Shown one piece after another: positions 58,501-64,000 of a stretch of 64,000 bases of DNA. The notes below the pieces were generated by a model, which saw nothing but the letters and a program-made list of their open reading frames with translations, did no database searches and was not told where the DNA came from. Within the stretch, counting starts at the first letter, position 1. The number at the start of each line of letters is the position of its first letter. The stretch spans positions 16,142 to 80,141 of IMG/VR virus record IMGVR_UViG_3300010885_021377; one strand, given 5' to 3'. The translations under genes were made by a program, and so were the position numbers. Source of the stretch: a virus (lineage: Duplodnaviria; Caudoviricetes).

Positions 58501-59055
58501 ATGAAAAGTATTATACAATATATGTTCTGTATATTAGTATTGTTTTCGGGTTGCACGACATCTGCTGTACGGCATACTATATATCAACAACAAATAGACC
58601 AGAAGCAGGAAAAGTTGAATGACGATGCTAAAGACCTATTAGTAAAAGCTACCGAAATGCTATCTGTTAATGGCGGAACTATTGATATCAAACGTATAGA
58701 GCGTTTATTAAAAAAGTCCCAGTCTTTATTGAATGTTGATGTCGATGATGGTAAGGAATTAACAAATTTAAACGGTGAAGCTTTGGATAAAAAAGTTGAT
58801 GAAATTATAGCAAACGACGAAAAAGAAAAACTTGATATTATTGATTTAAAGAAAAAAGATGATGAAGTAGTATCAAAAATGATAGCAGATAATATAGAAG
58901 CGGAAGCTATTCGAAAATATGAAAGATCAAAAACTATTAAACTATATGCCATTTGTGGTACGATACTTTCAGTTCTTGGTGTATGTTTTTATTTAAATCC
59001 ATCTAAATTTTTAAGTATTGGGAGTAGTATAATCGGAGTCTTTTTTAGAAAATAA
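58501..59055 (+). CDS. Lipoprotein with C-terminal transmembrane segment
   Basis: Signal peptide ending in lipobox FSG-C18; helical charged middle; LYAICGTILSVLGVCFYL near the C-terminus. Confidence 0.65.
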   Translation: MKSIIQYMFCILVLFSGCTTSAVRHTIYQQQIDQKQEKLNDDAKDLLVKATEMLSVNGGTIDIKRIERLLKKSQSLLNVDVDDGKELTNLNGEALDKKVDEIIANDEKEKLDIIDLKKKDDEVVSKMIADNIEAEAIRKYERSKTIKLYAICGTILSVLGVCFYLNPSKFLSIGSSIIGVFFRK

Positions 59056-59056
59056 T

Positions 59057-59518
59057 ATGCCACCCATTTTTAAAAAGGACGAAAGATTCAAACAAGGTAT
59101 ATTTCAGCCTAAAAATGTTAAAAAATTTATAGGGAAATTTGCTATATTTCGTTCATCGTTCGAACGTACTTTTTTTCTGTGGGCTGACAATAATCCAAAT
59201 GTATTGGAATGGGGTTCCGAAAATATCATAGTTCCATATAAGAGTCCTATCGACAATAGAATGCATCGTTACTACGTTGATAATTATGTAGTAATAAGAG
59301 AGGGAACGGTCATTAAAAAATATTTAATAGAGATTAAACCATTTAAACAGACCTTACCACCCGTTCCTTCTAACAAAAAGAAGAAGTCTACTTTATTATA
59401 CGAAACTACCCAATGGTTAGTTAACAGTGCAAAGTGGGAAGCCGCAAAAAAATTTGCGGCTTCCAAGGGTGCTGTATTTTTGATTATAACTGAAAAGGAT
59501 TTATTTAAAAAGGAATAA
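59057..59518 (+). CDS. gp4: Head completion nuclease (T4 gp4-like, TnsA-N fold)
   Basis: FRSSFERTFFLWADNNPNVLEWGSE...RYYVDNY...LIEIKP...AKWEAA. Confidence 0.9.
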   Translation: MPPIFKKDERFKQGIFQPKNVKKFIGKFAIFRSSFERTFFLWADNNPNVLEWGSENIIVPYKSPIDNRMHRYYVDNYVVIREGTVIKKYLIEIKPFKQTLPPVPSNKKKKSTLLYETTQWLVNSAKWEAAKKFAASKGAVFLIITEKDLFKKE

Positions 59519-60548
59519 TTTTTATAAATGGTTGGTAGGATTCTTTTTTAACTGATTTATTAGATTTTGGTTTTTTAGTTGAAGTTTTTGTTGGAGATTC
59601 TCCTGTAATTTTTTTATATAATTTAGTAGATTGACCTTTTAATGATGCTTGTTGTTTTCCTGTGGCCGATGGAATTTTTTCTTCGACATCTCGTCGTTTA
59701 GCTTGATCCTGTCTAGTTGGTGTACCCATAGATTCGGGAGATGCGGGATTATCAGGAGTCTTGTGACTATCTGGTTTGTATTTAGTATCGGAAGATGTTT
59801 CCGGAGTTCTAGGATCCCCCCAGAATAATAAATTACCGATCTGTTCTTCTTTGCTGAGTCTGTCCCAATTTTTACCCTGAAGTTCTCTTGTATTAGTTAT
59901 ATGGACGAATTCATTGTTTTTATCTGCTTCAGATTCTCCCCCAAAAAGTTGTGGTCTTAATACATCACGATGTTCGTTCCCCCATTTTTGAAATTCGTGG
60001 TGGATCTTAGTAGGAAAAGATAATACCAAATCCAATTCATTAGTATCTTCTGGATTCCCTCCATTTTTCCTATATATGTCACATAATAACTGATAATATC
60101 TTTTTAGTATAGATTTTTGTAATTGTTTGTCAATTGTATGACCAGTAATATGAGCATGTCTAGTTTTAACTGCTAATATTCTGTTCGGGATATCATACAT
60201 CGGTATTGTATATGGAGGTAGACCATATTCCAATGGATTGAACATTGTTTTGGTATTAGGATCTCCTACTCCCGTATATTCACTGATCAATCGTCTTACT
60301 TTCTTTTGATCTCCGTTGTAATACATTTCAGCTAGGGCATCTACTACATTTAATGTTCTACCATGCTTTATAGCAATTTCAATTTGCTGTCTTCTTACTT
60401 CATCTTTTAATCGAATTTGAGTAGTATGTCTAACTAAAGATTTTTTCCCCAAGCCTGCTGAAGCTTTTCTTCCAGACTTCCACGGCATGAGTGCTTCATT
60501 TATTGAAGCCATATATCTTTCAAATATCAAATTTGAATCATTATTCAT
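59505..60548 (-). CDS. Hypothetical late protein (candidate head-internal protein)
   Basis: TAAATA 5 nt upstream; MNNDSNLIFERYMASINE-A; basic S/T/P/K-rich tail. Confidence 0.65.
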   Translation of the reverse strand: MNNDSNLIFERYMASINEALMPWKSGRKASAGLGKKSLVRHTTQIRLKDEVRRQQIEIAIKHGRTLNVVDALAEMYYNGDQKKVRRLISEYTGVGDPNTKTMFNPLEYGLPPYTIPMYDIPNRILAVKTRHAHITGHTIDKQLQKSILKRYYQLLCDIYRKNGGNPEDTNELDLVLSFPTKIHHEFQKWGNEHRDVLRPQLFGGESEADKNNEFVHITNTRELQGKNWDRLSKEEQIGNLLFWGDPRTPETSSDTKYKPDSHKTPDNPASPESMGTPTRQDQAKRRDVEEKIPSATGKQQASLKGQSTKLYKKITGESPTKTSTKKPKSNKSVKKESYQPFIKIIPF

Positions 60549-60623
60549 AACATTATTTAGGAAAATGTGGTTTTTTTAGTATTATTGCTCTTAAAAAAAT
60601 AACTAAATAATCTAAATAGTTTT

Positions 60624-61295
60624 ATGTCACTACGTTTAATTGTAGAAAAACCTGCACCCGATGAAGAATTCGAATATATATTCGAAGAGAAAGATAGAAA
60701 AAGCCCAGCATCACTTTATATCAAAGGGCCATATATGATGGCTGAAAATTATAATAGAAATAATCGTCTATATAAATTAGATGAAATGGTAAAGGAAGTT
60801 AATCGTTACAAATCGGAAATGATTAATACTGGTCGTGCAATGGGAACATTAAATCATGAAAGTACTGCCGAAGTAAGTTTGGATAGAGTATGTCATTTAG
60901 TTACAGAGATTTCTCAAGAGGGTAATATTTTTCATGGTAAAAGTAAAGTACTAACTACACCTTCAGGTCATATTGTTAGATCTTTAGTACAAGACGGGGT
61001 GAAAGTTGGAATGAGTTCTAGGGCATTAGGCCAATTGGAAGAAACTGCTGGAGGTAAAAATATAGTAACGGATCTCCGTTTAATTTCTATTGATTGCGTA
61101 GCGGATCCTTCGTTTCCTAAAGCCTTCGTAAACGGAATTTTAGAATCTAAACAATGGGTACTAGGGGAATCTGGACAGTTCGAAGAAATATATGCAGAGT
61201 TTGAAAATAAAATATCTAGACTTCCAAAAAAACAAATAGAACAATATTTGAAAGAATCTATATTAGTTTTCCTAAATAAAATCAAATTTAACTAA
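60624..61295 (+). CDS. gp21: Prohead protease (T4 gp21-like)
   Basis: NRNNRLY, AMGTLNH, GMSSRALG, DCVADPSFPKAFVNGILE. Confidence 0.95.
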   Translation: MSLRLIVEKPAPDEEFEYIFEEKDRKSPASLYIKGPYMMAENYNRNNRLYKLDEMVKEVNRYKSEMINTGRAMGTLNHESTAEVSLDRVCHLVTEISQEGNIFHGKSKVLTTPSGHIVRSLVQDGVKVGMSSRALGQLEETAGGKNIVTDLRLISIDCVADPSFPKAFVNGILESKQWVLGESGQFEEIYAEFENKISRLPKKQIEQYLKESILVFLNKIKFN

Positions 61296-61303
61296 ATAAA
61301 TTT

Positions 61304-61603
61304 ATGGCTAAAGACAAAAAGAAAAAACTTCCGAAAGGTTTTGTCCCTTTTGTAAAAAAGGGTAAAAAGAAAGATGACGACAAGAAATCAAAATCTAAAA
61401 AGCTTGACGAAAATATTTTAAAATTCGTAGATATGATGATTTCGGAAAATTATAAAGATGCGCATAAATTTTTAGAGGTTGTTATAAATGATAAAATAAA
61501 AAAACAAATCGCAGAAGCAGCTAAAAACGAACTTTTTCCAAAAGCTGAAGACAAAAATGCAAAATTCTTAAAAAAAGAAAAGAAGAATTCAAGTAAAAAA
61601 TAG
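61304..61603 (+). CDS. Small prohead core-like protein (possibly gp67/gp68-like)
   Basis: TAAATA upstream; lies between gp21 and gp22; Lys-rich ends; KLDE-N possible gp21 site. Confidence 0.5.
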   Translation: MAKDKKKKLPKGFVPFVKKGKKKDDDKKSKSKKLDENILKFVDMMISENYKDAHKFLEVVINDKIKKQIAEAAKNELFPKAEDKNAKFLKKEKKNSSKK

Positions 61604-61623
61604 TAAAAAGAATAACTAATATT

Positions 61624-62511
61624 ATGGCAAAGGAAATTTCAAATCTTTTAAAAGAAGCAACCCAAGGAATATTGACAGATGAAACACTGGATCAAATACA
61701 AGAAGCTTTCGATACTGCGGTAGACGAAAGAGTTCGTATTCATGTTGAAAAGGCATTAACTGAACAAGATTCCGAATATACAACAAAAGCAGAACAGTTA
61801 ATTCAAGCTATTGATGAAGATCATAGTAAAAAATTGGAAAGAGTGCTAGAAGCATTAGATACTAATAATACTGCTAAATTACAAACGGTTATCAAGAAGT
61901 ATCAAACTATTGTAAAAGAACAAGCAAATCAATTTAAAGAAGAACTAGTAGAAAGAATTTCTCATTATATCGATTTGTTTATCGAATCGAAGATTCCTAC
62001 TAAATCTATCAACGAAGCTGTTAAAAATAAAAAGGCTCGTATAATTCTTAATAACCTTCGGGAATCTCTTGCTATCAATTCAGCATTAATGAATGATTCT
62101 TTGAAAGAAGCTTTGGTTGATGGTAAAACCCAAATTGATCAATATAAACAATCTGCTACAAAAGCAGAATCCGAAGTTAATAATCTTCGGGAATCTTTGG
62201 CTCATGCCAAAGCTGCATTAATATTAGAACAAAAACTTTCCACTTTACCTGCAAAGAAAAAGGAATATGCACATCGAGTATTCGAAGGAAAATCCCCTAA
62301 ATTTATCATCGAAAATGTAGACTATACATTGTCTCTATTTGATAAAAAGGAAGAAGAAAGATTGAAGACTTTGAAAACCGAAGCATTCGAACAACGCAAG
62401 GTAAAACAAGATCGAGTTGTCTTAGAAGAAGATACCGAAGAATTTGAATCTCAGAAACAAGAAAATTTTAGTCACGTTCAGAATTATATGAACGAATTAG
62501 GTAAATACTAA
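61624..62511 (+). CDS. gp22: Prohead scaffold protein (T4 gp22-like)
   Basis: Coiled-coil, E/K-rich; FDTAVDERV, ERISHYIDLFIESKI; directly upstream of gp23. Confidence 0.85.
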   Translation: MAKEISNLLKEATQGILTDETLDQIQEAFDTAVDERVRIHVEKALTEQDSEYTTKAEQLIQAIDEDHSKKLERVLEALDTNNTAKLQTVIKKYQTIVKEQANQFKEELVERISHYIDLFIESKIPTKSINEAVKNKKARIILNNLRESLAINSALMNDSLKEALVDGKTQIDQYKQSATKAESEVNNLRESLAHAKAALILEQKLSTLPAKKKEYAHRVFEGKSPKFIIENVDYTLSLFDKKEEERLKTLKTEAFEQRKVKQDRVVLEEDTEEFESQKQENFSHVQNYMNELGKY

Positions 62512-62614
62512 TATATTTACTTAAAAAATTTGGTAGAAGTAGATATTACTTGAGTTCCTGCATGTCGGACATGCTTGAGGTCGAAAAACAAAAAGAAAGA
62601 AAAATACATAAATT
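62502..62614 (+). promoter_or_regulatory. Late promoter and structured ~100-nt 5' leader of gp23
   Basis: TAAATA 62502-62507; hairpins AAGTA-GATAT-TACTT (62537-62551) and GCATGT-CGG-ACATGC (62560-62574); A-rich tract before ATG. Confidence 0.6.
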
Positions 62615-64000
62615 ATGAAACAAATCAAACCCGCACAATCATACATTGATCAAGATCGCGCTAAAACTCTTTTGGAAAAATGGGCACCCGTGCTCGATTA
62701 TACCTCTAAGAGTGTTGGCCCTATCGAAGATGATCATACCCGTTTAAATACTGCTATGTTACTTGAAAACCAAGAAGCATATTGCCTCCGTGAGGCAAAT
62801 ATTGCTGGTGGACAAGGTAGCGTATTCGGTGGTTCGACAAATGGTAATTTCGGTGGTGGCAATAATGCGTTCGGTAATACCGACTTCTATGCCTCTGGCG
62901 ATAATCGTCTTCCTAAGATATTGATTCCAATGATTCGTCGTACATTCCCCGAATTGATCACCAACGAAATCGTTGGAGTTCAGCCTATGTCTGGTCCTGT
63001 TGGACTAGCATTCGCACTTCGTTATAAGTATGGTACAGATTCCCTTGGTGGTAACTTCCAAGATCAGGCTGCAACGGATGGCAAATATAAAGTTGCCACC
63101 GGAGTACATGATCAGAATTTGGTAGGACCAAGTGGAGCTGGATACCTCGGTAGTTCCGCTTCCCCTTATAACAAGTCTCCCGGTGGAGATAACGAATTAG
63201 GATTCCAACATCTCGATTCACGTTTCACTGGTACTTCTGCTGCTGCACTATCTGGTAACGCTGTTGCTGGATGGACATTTGCCGATCAGGATAAAGGTGT
63301 TGCCGAAATTCTAAGAAATTTCGAAATCAACGCTAATATTCCTACCGTCGAAGTTAGCTTCGAGAAGACTGCCGTTGAAGCTGGTACTCGTAGACTAGGT
63401 GCTAAATGGTCAGTCGAATTAGAACAGGACTTGAAAAACATGAACGGTATCGATATTGATGCTGAGATTACAAATGCTATGGCATATGAAATCCAAGCTG
63501 AAATCGACCGCGAAATGATAATCCGCATGATCCAGACTTCCTTAAATGGTGGTCTTGGAAAAGGATTCTCTGTTTGGAGACCCTCTACTGCCGATGGCCG
63601 CTGGCTTGTTGAACGTAATCGTGACTTCTACCAGAGAGTAATTATTGAAGCAAATCGTATCGCTATCCGCAATCGTCGTGGACCAGCCAATTTCATTATC
63701 GCTACACCTCGCGTGTGTGCAATATTTGAAATGCTGCCCGAATTTCAGTGGGTAACTGTACAAGGTAATGTAAGCACCCAGCAGACTGGGGTTGCTAAAG
63801 TTGGTTCCCTCGGCGGAAGATTCCAGATCTATCGTGATACAAGAACAGAGTCTCAAAATGTTGGCGTCTATGGTGACAATGGCTATTCCAATGGAACTTC
63901 CACTGGAATTGAATATGCACTATTAGGCTACAAAGGAACTGAGTTCTATGATTCTGGCATTATCTACTGCCCATACATCCCTGTGATGATTCAACGTACC
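62615..64000 (+). CDS. gp23: Major capsid protein (T4 gp23-like), partial at right edge
   Basis: ATG 62615; MLLENQE, LIPMIRRTFPELITNEIVGVQPMSGPVGLAFALRYKY, TRRLGAKWSVELEQDLK, EIQAEIDREMI, IYYCPYIP. Absent from the track because there is no stop in the window. Confidence 0.97.
   Translation, partial: MKQIKPAQSYIDQDRAKTLLEKWAPVLDYTSKSVGPIEDDHTRLNTAMLLENQEAYCLREANIAGGQGSVFGGSTNGNFGGGNNAFGNTDFYASGDNRLPKILIPMIRRTFPELITNEIVGVQPMSGPVGLAFALRYKYGTDSLGGNFQDQAATDGKYKVATGVHDQNLVGPSGAGYLGSSASPYNKSPGGDNELGFQHLDSRFTGTSAAALSGNAVAGWTFADQDKGVAEILRNFEINANIPTVEVSFEKTAVEAGTRRLGAKWSVELEQDLKNMNGIDIDAEITNAMAYEIQAEIDREMIIRMIQTSLNGGLGKGFSVWRPSTADGRWLVERNRDFYQRVIIEANRIAIRNRRGPANFIIATPRVCAIFEMLPEFQWVTVQGNVSTQQTGVAKVGSLGGRFQIYRDTRTESQNVGVYGDNGYSNGTSTGIEYALLGYKGTEFYDSGIIYCPYIPVMIQRT

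Noticed and set aside
4231-63856. Short nested or antisense track ORFs (e.g. 4231, 9463, 15638, 17956, 27212, 50579, 58584, 60968, 62985-63856)
   Set aside because: They lie inside well-supported genes on the other strand or frame and show no recognisable motifs or promoters.
1-64000. Stop-codon reassignment
   Set aside because: Conserved genes are full length under the standard bacterial code, and TAA, TAG and TGA all occur as terminal stops.

Overview
AT-rich 64-kb segment of a large T4-like (gp23/gp20/gp55-type) tailed phage. No tRNA, rRNA or CRISPR array was seen. Left to right: (1) fibre/adhesin-like structural genes with VTTxKxA repeats, I-set Ig domains and NHL beta-propellers (1-12.2 kb); (2) small hypotheticals and a minus-strand replication/recombination block (primase, gp45, gp32, UvsX, gp43, gp46/47, gp55, UvsW, UvsY) with two embedded glycosyltransferases; (3) small late genes of unknown function, PhoH, NUDIX and a kinase; (4) a 12-kb, 16-gene glycan locus (GT77-, GT47-, GT11-, GT10-, GT25-, GT4-like enzymes, four methyltransferases, and transaldolase + GmhA + HddA-type kinase + nucleotidyltransferase + epimerase); (5) gp62, GroES-like, WYL-like and DinG-like genes; (6) a rearranged head module (gp15, gp20, homing endonuclease, gp13, gp4, gp21, gp22, partial gp23). 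The main unexplained signals are these. A TAAATA box lies 5-6 nt before about 27 start codons and sigma70-type promoters lie 5-7 nt before 8 more, implying mostly leaderless mRNAs; gp32 and gp23 are the exceptions with distinctive leaders. A set of unknown late proteins carries gp21-type cleavable N-termini (candidate injected proteins). The phage also appears to encode a heptose-nucleotide/glycan pathway. All family calls come from motif recognition by eye, without database searches.
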